DNA of 32,000 nucleotides from Synechococcus elongatus PCC 6301 (GTDB lineage Bacteria; Cyanobacteriota; Cyanobacteriia; Synechococcales; Synechococcaceae), in NCBI RefSeq assembly GCF_000010065.1, contig NC_006576.1, positions 2,550,001 to 2,582,000 of the forward strand, written 5' to 3'. This document shows, one piece after another, positions 8,735 through 16,921 of this stretch. The translations under genes and the position numbers were made by a program. The stretch's first letter is position 1. Each line of letters starts with the position of its first letter. The notes under the pieces were generated by a model that saw only the letters and a program-made list of their open reading frames with translations, was not told the origin of the DNA and made no database searches.

Positions 8735-9894
8735 CTAGCTCAGATTGGTTGAAGCAGGTGGCGAACTCGGTTGCCAGCGCGATCGCAAGTGAATGCCGAC
8801 CCAAGACCCTAGGAGTGCCGCAACCAGCCAGACCCAGCCATGCAAACTGGTGGAGGCAATACCGGCCAAATAGGCGCTGATATTACAGCCGGCCGCCAGA
8901 AATGCTCCAAAGCCCATACTCAATCCGCCTGCGATCGAGAGCCCAACTGCATGGGGTTGGAGGCTACCTTGCCAGCGCCAGCGGCCTTCATAGGCGGCAG
9001 CCGTCAAAGCACCCAAAATCAGACCTAGATCGGTGATCACACTGGGGTCTGCCAGTAAGCTGCTGCTGAGGCGTCCCAGTTGGCGCCCCCAAAAGACGCT
9101 GCTCTGGGGATCCCAGCCCAAGTTTTGGGCAACTTGCGCAGTCGTCAGAGCCAAGCCCCAGGTCACTCGCCAAGGTTGGCCGTCAACCACGAGGGTGCCG
9201 GTATAAAGCAGGGCGGTCGCTGTCGCCGCCAGCCAGAGCCGCCGAGATTTGACCATCGGCAGGGGTGCCCAGCGCCAGAGAGCCACGGCCAGAATTAAGA
9301 GCAGCCACAGTTGCAGGAGGAGGGCACTGCCCCAACCCAATTGGCTGGCAAAAGACCAGGCTCCCAAGCAGGAAGCTGGCTCCACAGCGGCCGTGTCAAG
9401 GTCGCCCCAAACGCCCCGATGCCAAAGGCAATCAGGGTGATCAATAGGTTGTAAGAACCGCCGCCAACGGCTGCCAAAGTACCGCAACCACAGGCGCGGC
9501 TGAGCTGCATGCCAATGCCAAATAGGAAAGCTCCGCCCAGACTAGCCCAGCCCACCGGCGCGATCGCGGGTCGTAGCTCCCAACCCCTGAGTTCCGCCAG
9601 GCTAAAAACGCCAGCAAAAGCGATCGAGGTTAGCGCCAACAACCACAACTGCGCCAAGGCAGGATTGCCATCCTGACGCTGTAGCAGTTTGCGAAACCCG
9701 CTGCTAAACCCAAAGCGCCCGTGATACAGAACGGCCCCGATCGCTGCACCCAGCAATAACAACATCGTCTGCCGCCCACCATGTAAACTCGCTGCGATCG
9801 CGATCGCAATGACGGCAGCGCTGCTGCCCCAGAACAGTCGCCACTGTGGGAGTGCCTGATCGGGAGCAAAGGAGGGAACGTCACTACTGGCCAT
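8735..9894 (-). pseudogene. YeeE/YedE-family (sulfur-transport-type) membrane protein, apparently split by a frameshift into 9295..9894 (N-terminal part) and 8735..9487 (C-terminal part)
   Basis: N-terminal ORF has HGRFGFSSGFRKLL and FGIGMQLSRACGCGTLAAVGGGSYNLLITLIAFGIGAFG; the C-terminal part, in another frame, has SIAGGLSMGFGAFLAAGCNISAYLAGIASTSLHGWVWLVAALLGSWVG. These are the two halves of a YeeE/YedE fold. The two ORFs overlap by 193 nt and hydrophobic coding character switches frame near 9330-9375. Confidence 0.7.
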
Positions 9895-9921
9895 GGCTGT
9901 GCAAACGACAGTTACTTACGG

Positions 9922-10074
9922 TTAGGTTGCGTGGGTTTTGTGCTGGCTGGGAGGCTCACAGCCGCCGCCACCACTGGCAACGGCAGCACTGGCTAGCCAT
10001 AGGGGCAACCCCAAGCTCAGTACCCCCAAGCTGAGGGAAAGAATCGGTCTAGAGAACCAACGCGATTGTGACAT
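9922..10074 (-). CDS. Small secreted/membrane-associated hypothetical protein (50 aa)
   Basis: MSQSRWFSRPILSLSLGVLSLGLPLWLASAAVASGGGGCEPPSQHKTHAT: signal-peptide-like N terminus, 27 nt upstream of the YeeE-like start, same strand. Re-started from the 76-aa track ORF 9922..10152. Confidence 0.5.
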   Translation of the reverse strand: MSQSRWFSRPILSLSLGVLSLGLPLWLASAAVASGGGGCEPPSQHKTHAT

Positions 10075-10172
10075 CTGTTTGAAACCCAAATGGAAGAGGC
10101 AAGAAAGGCCAGATCGCTGATGAGAAGTGCGATCGTGGCCTAACACAAACAATTCAAGTCCAGCGCCGGGGA

Positions 10173-11147
10173 TTAAACGCGATCGGGACCAGTTTCAACC
10201 GGCAGATTGCTAGCGCTGTATTCGGTCCAAGACCCTTCGTAGATCCGCACCTTCGGATACTTGAGCAGGTGCTTGAGCACGAGGTACTGCAAGCTAGCCT
10301 CGCGACCCGTGCTGCAGGTAACGATCACATCTTTATCCGGTGTCACCCCTTTGGCTTCCAGAATTGCTTTCAGCTCTGAGAGGGGCTTCAGTTTGTGCGG
10401 ATTTTTCAGACTCTCATTGGCGTTGTTCGCTTCGGTGAAGGTCGGCCAAGGAATGTTGCGGGCCCCCGGAATGTGGCCGTTGCGAATAAATACCTGTTGC
10501 TCCCCGCTAAACAGCGCCGGCGGGCGCGGGTCAACAAACGTGGATTTACCCGTCAACTGTTCAACCTGCTTGATATCAACCCGAAATGCACGATTGTCCT
10601 TGGGCGCAAACCGCGCTGCTTGGTAACGCGGATACTCTTTGGTCACCGGTAGACCTGCATCCTTGTAGCCCTTGTAGCCCCCATCGAGCACAGCGATGTT
10701 CTGCACCCCCGATCGCTCGAGCAGATAGGCCACCAAGGTTGCACCGAGGACATCATTGCCGTCGGAGTAAACCAAAACAGTGTCGTTGTTGCTGACCCCA
10801 GCTCGACCAAAGAGCGACGCCAGTTTTTCGGGATCCCAAATCTGCACCGGCAAGAAGCCATTCGGTCCCCGATAGGCGGCATCGGCAATATTGACTGCCC
10901 CGGGGAGGTGGCCCTCGATGTAGGCCAGGGGGTTGGTGCGGACATCAAGAATTTTTAGCTGTTTATTATTCAGCCGTTCTGCAGCCCAAGTCGGCGCCAC
11001 AAATTGCACGGTTGCCTGGGAGGCAGCGGTCGCTGGTGTCAGCCAGCCCGGGACAGCCAAAAGGACGGCAACAACAAGAGAAATCACCGCTAGGAACGCC
11101 TTTTGGCGCGGCCAGCGGAGCGATCGCACGGACATACTCAACCTCAA
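10173..11147 (-). CDS. rhdA: Periplasmic rhodanese-like thiosulfate sulfurtransferase
   Basis: 324 aa with signal peptide (AFLAVISLVVAVLLAVPGWLTPATA); two rhodanese domains: IKILDVRTNPLAYIEGHLPGAVNI-type motif and VTCSTGREASLQYLVLKHLLKYPKVRIYEGSWTEYSA. Location in the sulfate-transport region matches the known S. elongatus periplasmic rhodanese. Confidence 0.85.
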   Translation of the reverse strand: MRLSMSVRSLRWPRQKAFLAVISLVVAVLLAVPGWLTPATAASQATVQFVAPTWAAERLNNKQLKILDVRTNPLAYIEGHLPGAVNIADAAYRGPNGFLPVQIWDPEKLASLFGRAGVSNNDTVLVYSDGNDVLGATLVAYLLERSGVQNIAVLDGGYKGYKDAGLPVTKEYPRYQAARFAPKDNRAFRVDIKQVEQLTGKSTFVDPRPPALFSGEQQVFIRNGHIPGARNIPWPTFTEANNANESLKNPHKLKPLSELKAILEAKGVTPDKDVIVTCSTGREASLQYLVLKHLLKYPKVRIYEGSWTEYSASNLPVETGPDRV

Positions 11148-11276
11148 ACAACTAAAACCCGATCGATTTATTGGTGATTATTGCACGACTGCTGAATCCT
11201 GACCATGGGTTCTGCGCACTACAGGGGATTTCAGGGGCTAACTCCCCGATGAACGAGTGGGGTAGCAACGAAAAAG

Positions 11277-12137
11277 TCAGTGTTGGCGGTTCTTGGCAGC
11301 GCTGCTGGGCTGTTGCTGAATCCAGTACTGGAGTACCAGGGTCAGCAGCGCCACGATCGCCAAGAGAGAAGCGCAGGCAAAGGCAGCCGTCGCTTGGTAC
11401 TCCAGATAGACCCGCTCGACGTGCAGCGTCAGGGTATTGGTCGAGCCGATAATCTTGCCCGAAACTACGGAGACGGCACCAAACTCCCCGATTGCCCGCG
11501 CGGTGCTGAGGATGATGCCGTAGAGCAAAGCCGGTCGAATCATAGGCAGGGTCACCCGCCAGAAGGTCTGCCAGGTCGTGGCTCCCAAACTCTGGGCGGC
11601 TTCTTCATCCTCCCGACTGAGAGTTTGCAAAACAGGAAATACTTCGCGGGCGACGAAGGGAATCGTCACGAACATCACCGTCAAGACCAGCCCTGGCGTG
11701 GCGAAGACAATCTTCAAATCCCAGCGGTTGACCAAATCGGCTAGCCAGCCAATTTGGGGGCTGTAGAGCAAAATCAGCATGAAGCCGGCAACCACTGGCG
11801 AAATGGAGAGCGGTAGATCCAACAAAGCCAGAACGATCGCCTGACCTGGAAAGGATTGCCGCACCAAGACCCAAGCGATCGCTACGCCAAATAAGGTATT
11901 CAGCGGAATTGCGACTGCGGTAATCAGCAGCGTCAAGCGAATAGCATGGAGGGCTTCGGGTTGCTGGATGCCTTGCCAGTAGGCTGCCAACCCTTCACGT
12001 AGCGCTTCCCAGAACACGACGACTAAGGGCAGCAGGACAATCGCCGTCAGAAACGCCAGCCCTATGCCAATCAACAGGTAGGCCTGCCAAGGGCGGGCTG
12101 AGACAGCGGGCGATCGCACGAAGACAGAGGGAGCCAT
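11277..12137 (-). CDS. Sulfate/thiosulfate ABC transporter permease, second CysW-type paralog
   Basis: 286 aa; VLALLDLPLSISPVVAGFMLILLYSPQIGWL, FVTIPFVAREVFPVLQTLSREDEEAAQSLGATTWQTFWRVTLPMIRPALLYGIILSTARAIGEFGAVSVVSGKI (EAA motif). Confidence 0.9.
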   Translation of the reverse strand: MAPSVFVRSPAVSARPWQAYLLIGIGLAFLTAIVLLPLVVVFWEALREGLAAYWQGIQQPEALHAIRLTLLITAVAIPLNTLFGVAIAWVLVRQSFPGQAIVLALLDLPLSISPVVAGFMLILLYSPQIGWLADLVNRWDLKIVFATPGLVLTVMFVTIPFVAREVFPVLQTLSREDEEAAQSLGATTWQTFWRVTLPMIRPALLYGIILSTARAIGEFGAVSVVSGKIIGSTNTLTLHVERVYLEYQATAAFACASLLAIVALLTLVLQYWIQQQPSSAAKNRQH

Positions 12138-13003
12138 CAGTACTTGTGGGAGAAACGGAACCAGAGCCCCAGGCTGTTGGTGACGGCGAGGAGCAAGAGC
12201 GACACAATCAACAGCACCAATGACACAGCTGTTGCCCCGCTGATATCAAACTCTTCAAAGCGCTGATAGACGTAGACCGTGGCGACCAAGGTTTTGTAGG
12301 GCAGGTTGCCGGAAATGATCGTGACCAAGCCGTACTCCCCCAACCCCCGCGCCAGCGCCAAGCTAAAGCCGGTTACCAAAGCGGGAATCAGTTGCGGAAA
12401 CAGCACGCGCCAGAAGGTCTGGCTAGGGGTGGCCCCGAGGGTCGCTGCTACTTCCTCGATCTCGGGCTCTAACTCCGCTAAGACGGGCTGCACCGTCCGC
12501 ATCACAAAGGGCAGCGTCACGTAGACCATGGCGAAGATCACGCCGAGTTGAGAGGCCGTGAAGTTGAAGTCTTCAATGCCGAAGCGGGTCAGCAGTTGAC
12601 CCAAGAAGGTTCCGGGCTGCCAGAATTGGCCGATTGTACCGTTAGGGCCGTAAAGGCTAAACAGGGCGATGCCAGCAACCACCCCGGACAGGGCAAAGGG
12701 GAGATCGATCAGGGCATCTGCCAGCCGCTTGCCTGGGAACTGATAGCGCACCAAAATCCAAGCCAAGAGCAGGCCGAGAATGGTGTTAAAAATCGCTGCC
12801 CCAAAAGCTGCGGTTAAGGAAAGCTGAAAAGCCGCGATCGCGAGTTCTTGGGTGAGTAAATTGCGGAGGTTCTCAGCGGGTTGCAGCCAAGCAGCCCGAA
12901 GTAAGGCCAGCAGGGGAAACCCCACCACTCCGAATGCGTAGAGTGCGATCGCCAGCCGCAAACTCCGACTGCCCCAGGTTTCCCAACGGCTTAATTTGGC
13001 CAT
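12137..13003 (-). CDS. Sulfate/thiosulfate ABC transporter permease, second CysT-type paralog
   Basis: 288 aa; DALIDLPFALSGVVAGIALFSLYGPNG, LPFVMRTVQPVLAELEPEIEEVAATLGATPSQTFWRVLFPQLIPALVTGFSLALARGLGEYG. Its TGA overlaps the next gene's ATG. Confidence 0.9.
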   Translation of the reverse strand: MAKLSRWETWGSRSLRLAIALYAFGVVGFPLLALLRAAWLQPAENLRNLLTQELAIAAFQLSLTAAFGAAIFNTILGLLLAWILVRYQFPGKRLADALIDLPFALSGVVAGIALFSLYGPNGTIGQFWQPGTFLGQLLTRFGIEDFNFTASQLGVIFAMVYVTLPFVMRTVQPVLAELEPEIEEVAATLGATPSQTFWRVLFPQLIPALVTGFSLALARGLGEYGLVTIISGNLPYKTLVATVYVYQRFEEFDISGATAVSLVLLIVSLLLLAVTNSLGLWFRFSHKY

Positions 13004-14028
13004 TAGCGAGCGGCTTTTTGGGCCTGATCAAACAGCGCACCATCGGCGTAGAGGGTTTTGTCGATGGTCGGCCAGCCCCCAAAATCTGCGATCGTGCGCA
13101 ACTGCTGCACGGGCTTGAATTGCTTGGCGTAGCGTTGGAAAACTTGGCGATCAAAAGGGCGATAGCCAGCTTCGGCATAGATGGCTTGGGCTTTGGGGGT
13201 AAAGAGAAATTGGGTAAAAGCCTCAGCCACGCGCCGCGTACCGCGCTTATCGACAACAGTATCAATCACCGTGACCGGGAAGTCGACGCGGACGTTCGCT
13301 GAGGGAACAACGTAGGGAAAATCTCTCGGAACGGCTTCATTGGTCACAATGATTTCGTTCTCAAAATTAATCAGGGCATCTCCAACGCGATTTTTAACAA
13401 AGGCATCCGTTGCTTCGCGCCCAGAATTAACTTGGGTCTTGATATTTTTGGCAAAGCTAAATAGAAAATTGCGAGCTGGGGTGGCACCTTGCGCTTTCAA
13501 AACAGAGCCATAACCCGCCAAAATTCCCCAGCGCGCATTGCCGGAAGTTTTGGGGTTGAGCGAAACAAGGCTGACGTCAGGCTTTGCTAAATCGGTCCAG
13601 GTTTGAATTTTTTTAGGATTGCCCGGCCGCACGATAATTGCCATGACTGTCGTTGCTGGCGAAGCACTGTTGGGGAGGCGGGTATTCCAATTGGAGCGAA
13701 CTAAACCCTTCTCGACCAGTGGTGTGACATTACTCGTGATGTTCTGAGCCAAGATGTCGGCCTCTAATCCGCCGAGGACAGCGCGGGTTTGGGCTCCAGA
13801 GGCACCGTAGGATTCCTTAAAAGTGACGGTCTGCCCCGTCTTGGCTTTCCATTCTTTTTGGAATTCAGGAATCAGTTTCTCAAAGACAGGCTTAGCAACG
13901 GCATAGCTCACTAACGTGAGTTCAACCGGCCGAGACTGAGCATTTGCTTGAGATTGCAGCAGCGATGGCAAAGCAGTCAGACTCCCGAAAATTGCTAGGG
14001 TCAGCACTGCACGGCGATTAACTTTCAT
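13003..14028 (-). CDS. Periplasmic sulfate-binding protein, second paralog
   Basis: 341 aa; signal peptide ending SQANAQ; VTFKESYGASGAQTRAVLGGLEADILAQN...GNPKKIQTWTDLAKPDVSLVSLNPKTSGNARWGILAGYGS is the sulfate-binding protein (Sbp/CysP) signature. Confidence 0.92.
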   Translation of the reverse strand: MKVNRRAVLTLAIFGSLTALPSLLQSQANAQSRPVELTLVSYAVAKPVFEKLIPEFQKEWKAKTGQTVTFKESYGASGAQTRAVLGGLEADILAQNITSNVTPLVEKGLVRSNWNTRLPNSASPATTVMAIIVRPGNPKKIQTWTDLAKPDVSLVSLNPKTSGNARWGILAGYGSVLKAQGATPARNFLFSFAKNIKTQVNSGREATDAFVKNRVGDALINFENEIIVTNEAVPRDFPYVVPSANVRVDFPVTVIDTVVDKRGTRRVAEAFTQFLFTPKAQAIYAEAGYRPFDRQVFQRYAKQFKPVQQLRTIADFGGWPTIDKTLYADGALFDQAQKAAR

Positions 14029-14130
14029 AACATCAGATTTGGAAAAGCTTCTTGCACGCTAGTTCAAAAGCTGACGCGGAAGCTTGTCATCTAGAGGACA
14101 ATTTTTGTAAAAAATAGATTCAAAAAGAAA

Positions 14131-14161
14131 CGGAATGAATGAAGAACTTCCAATCATTCCG
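14131..14161. terminator. Hairpin upstream of sbp2 and downstream of cysW (possible terminator or attenuator)
   Basis: CGGAATGA (14131-14138) / TCATTCCG (14154-14161), perfect 8 bp, 15-nt loop. Confidence 0.4.
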
Positions 14162-14187
14162 CCGAAAGAAATTTCAAGGCTGAGCGT

Positions 14188-15060
14188 TTAGTGAATTCGA
14201 CTTTGTCGGCCTGTTCGCGCTTCTAAAAGGGCCTTTAAGACCAAGGTGACGAGGGAAATTCCTCCCAACAGTAATGCTGCTGTATAGGAGAGAGTCGTTT
14301 GATACTGCTTGTAGGCTTCTTCAACAAACAGCGGTAGGGTTTGGGTTTTGCCGGTGATACTGCCAGAGACCACCGAAACAGCGCCAAACTCACCCAGGGC
14401 TCGGGCAGTGGTCAAGACCACGCCGTAGAGCATGCTCCACTTAATGCTCGGTAGAGTGACCCGCCAAAAGGTCTGCCAGCCGTTAGCCCCAAGGGTACTG
14501 GCGGCCTCTTCAGCATCCGTGCCAATTTCTTCGAGGTTAGGAATGACTTCCCGCGCCACAAAGGGCATGGAGACAAAAATGGTGGCAAGGGCCATGCCGG
14601 GCCAAGCAAAAATAATCTTGATATCGTTGCTTTCCAGCAGGGGCCCCAACCAACCGTTGCGGCCGTAAAGCAAGACAATCATCAGACCAGCAACGACCGG
14701 TGAGATCGAAAATGGCAGGTCAATCACGCTCAACAGCAGTGATTTGCCCGGAAACTGTTTGCGAGCGATCGCAAAAGCAGCTGCTAGGCCAAACAAGGTG
14801 TTGAGCGGAACACTGATCACGCCCATTAACAGAGTGAGTCGAATCGCCTCTTGCAGGTTGCGATCGCCCAAGTTCTTGATGAAACCGCTCAGCCCTTCAC
14901 TAAAGGCTTGAACTGCCACATTGGCTGCCGGAATGATGATGATCAAACCGACATAGAGCAGAGAGATGCCAATTAAGGCCAAGGGCAGGAGAGATTTCGA
15001 CTCCTTGACCCCCGCAATTTGGCGACGGGCTTTGACGAAAGCAACCATGAGTTGAGGCAA
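14188..15060 (-). CDS. cysW: Sulfate ABC transporter permease CysW
   Basis: 290 aa; SVIDLPFSISPVVAGLMIVLLYGRNGWLGP, SMPFVAREVIPNLEEIGTDAEEAASTLGANGWQTFWRVTLPSIKWSMLYGVVLTTARALGEFGAVSVVSG. Confidence 0.92.
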   Translation of the reverse strand: MPQLMVAFVKARRQIAGVKESKSLLPLALIGISLLYVGLIIIIPAANVAVQAFSEGLSGFIKNLGDRNLQEAIRLTLLMGVISVPLNTLFGLAAAFAIARKQFPGKSLLLSVIDLPFSISPVVAGLMIVLLYGRNGWLGPLLESNDIKIIFAWPGMALATIFVSMPFVAREVIPNLEEIGTDAEEAASTLGANGWQTFWRVTLPSIKWSMLYGVVLTTARALGEFGAVSVVSGSITGKTQTLPLFVEEAYKQYQTTLSYTAALLLGGISLVTLVLKALLEARTGRQSRIH

Positions 15061-15093
15061 AAACGGCAGACAGAGGACAGGATGGCCGCTCGC

Positions 15094-15738
15094 TTAGGCA
15101 GAGAGCCGCGCGGGCGGGTAGAGCGTCTCGGGGTAGCGCACAATCAAAGCGCGATCGCGCCGGTGAATGCGCCCGGCCTGACGAAATTCTCCCAAGAGAC
15201 GGGTCGTTGTGACACGGGTTGACCCAGACAACTCGGCAATCACCTGATGGGTCAGGGGGATTCGACGCAAGTCAATCTCCCAGCCAGTGGCCCCAGGCTG
15301 ACCAAACCGCTCGCCAATCCAACCCAGCAAACTAGCCAATTTGGCTTCGGCTCGCCGTAGCCGCGTGATGCTCAGCAACCGTTCGGTGTAGCGGAGACTG
15401 CGAACTAAGGATTCATGGCTTTCCAAGGCTGGGTCGCTGACCGCCACAACCTCAACTGCCGTCAAGCACTCGAGCTCGTAGGGATCGAGGCAGCTGAGAG
15501 GACGACCAATCAGGTCTCCCGGCCCCCACAGACCCAAGCTGATCATGTCACCTTCTTCTCCCCAAGTAGAGGAGCGCACCAAACCAGACTGAATTTTCCA
15601 GATGACGTTGGCGCCGGTAGGGACCATGCCCCGCCGCCCGATCAGTAGACGATGGGGAGCGGGAGTCGCCGGCGAGGTGGGCGGTAGTAGCGTCGAGGCA
15701 GGTTCGCGAACCATCGAATCTCTCCTGCAAAAGGGCAA
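15094..15738 (-). CDS. cysR: Crp/Fnr-family regulator CysR within the sulfate cluster
   Basis: 214 aa; cNMP-binding-type N terminus (LYLGRRR-like region, GPGDLIGRPLSC) and HTH RRIPLTHQVIAELSGSTRVTTTRLLGEFRQAGRI; order cysT-orf81-cysR-cysW matches the described S. elongatus cluster. Confidence 0.88.
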   Translation of the reverse strand: MPFCRRDSMVREPASTLLPPTSPATPAPHRLLIGRRGMVPTGANVIWKIQSGLVRSSTWGEEGDMISLGLWGPGDLIGRPLSCLDPYELECLTAVEVVAVSDPALESHESLVRSLRYTERLLSITRLRRAEAKLASLLGWIGERFGQPGATGWEIDLRRIPLTHQVIAELSGSTRVTTTRLLGEFRQAGRIHRRDRALIVRYPETLYPPARLSA

Positions 15739-15741
15739 TGC

Positions 15742-15987
15742 TTAAAACTCGTCTTCGGTGTCGGACCAGAGCTCAATATCGCGATCGCGTAAGACCGCCA
15801 GAGCCGCAGTAATGTCTTCAGGAGTCCCGGTGAGCATGACGTCAAACCAGCCGTCTTCCTCACGATTGGGACCGAGATGCGCCGCGAGGATATTGAACTG
15901 CAGTTGACAGCTCGCCAGCACATCTCCCATCAACGGCTGATCGCGATATTTCTTTGGCACTTGAAGTCGAATTCGGAGCGTTGCCAT
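15742..15987 (-). CDS. 81-aa NIL (ferredoxin-like) domain protein, equivalent of 'orf81'
   Basis: MATLRIRLQVPKKYRDQPLMGDVLASCQLQFNILAAHLGPNREEDGWFDVMLTGTPEDITAALAVLRDRDIELW; length exactly 81 aa. Confidence 0.85.
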   Translation of the reverse strand: MATLRIRLQVPKKYRDQPLMGDVLASCQLQFNILAAHLGPNREEDGWFDVMLTGTPEDITAALAVLRDRDIELWSDTEDEF

Positions 15988-16010
15988 CGCGAGATCCTCC
16001 GCAATGTGGG

Positions 16011-16847
16011 TTAGCCGTTGTAACGGCTGCTCCAGTTCTGGAGCGCGCTGATCACGAACAGAATCACCAGTGAAAACAGCAGCAAGACGGAGCCAATCAC
16101 GGTGGCGCCCGCGTAGTCGTACTGTTCCAGTCGTTCGAAAATCAGAACCGGCGCAATCAAGTCATCGAAGGGCAAGTTACCCGAGATGATCACCACCGAA
16201 CCAAACTCGCCAACGGCTCGCGAGAAACCCTGGGCAACGCCGGCCAGCACCCCGGGGAGAATCGGCGGTAAGATGACGCGCCAAAAGGTTTCACTGGGGC
16301 TAGCCCCCAGGGAAGCGGCCGCTTCTTCTGCTTCCACCTCCAGTTCCAACAGCAGTGGCTCGACCGTCCGCATCACAAAGGGCAGAGAGATGAACACCAT
16401 CGCCAGCAACACCCCCCAGCGGGTGAAGGCAATTTGAACGCCAAAGGGTGCAATGAACTGCCCAATCCAGCCCTTGTCGCTATAGACCGTGGCTAGGGTC
16501 AGACCTGCCACTGCTGTCGGCAGGGCAAAGGGGAGATCGATGAAGCTATCAAATAGCTTTTTGCCCGGGAAGTCGTAACGGGTCAGGACCCAGGCAATAA
16601 TTACGCCAAACACACCGTTGAGCGCTGCTGCCGCCAAGGAGAGACCAAAGGTCACCTCGTAGGCCGCTACGGCAACCGGCTGTGTGGCCAACTCCCAAAT
16701 CCTTCCCAGCGGCAAGGAAGCCGACTTGAGGAACAAGGCGATGATCGGGATGAACAGGATTAGGGTGAGATACACCCACGTGAATCGCCAAGACCAACTC
16801 AAGCGAGTCAGCCAAGTGAAGGAGAGGGAAGGGAGGCGCAGAGACAT
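16011..16847 (-). CDS. cysT: Sulfate ABC transporter permease CysT
   Basis: 278 aa; SFIDLPFALPTAVAGLTLATVYSDKGWIG, SLPFVMRTVEPLLLELEVEAEEAAASLGASPSETFWRVILPPILPGVLAGVAQGFSRAVGEFGSVVIISGNLP. Confidence 0.93.
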   Translation of the reverse strand: MSLRLPSLSFTWLTRLSWSWRFTWVYLTLILFIPIIALFLKSASLPLGRIWELATQPVAVAAYEVTFGLSLAAAALNGVFGVIIAWVLTRYDFPGKKLFDSFIDLPFALPTAVAGLTLATVYSDKGWIGQFIAPFGVQIAFTRWGVLLAMVFISLPFVMRTVEPLLLELEVEAEEAAASLGASPSETFWRVILPPILPGVLAGVAQGFSRAVGEFGSVVIISGNLPFDDLIAPVLIFERLEQYDYAGATVIGSVLLLFSLVILFVISALQNWSSRYNG

Positions 16848-16921
16848 GGAGCGACGCTAACGAACAAAAGAGTAATCGTACGGTGAGGCGTTGTGGTTTG
16901 AAGGACTCGGGCTGCGATCGC

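Noticed and set aside
9330-9375. Programmed ribosomal frameshift in the YeeE/YedE-like gene
   Set aside because: The needed shift is -1, but codons here (GGT CTT TTG CCA) do not form a canonical slippery heptamer; an indel or sequence error is simpler.
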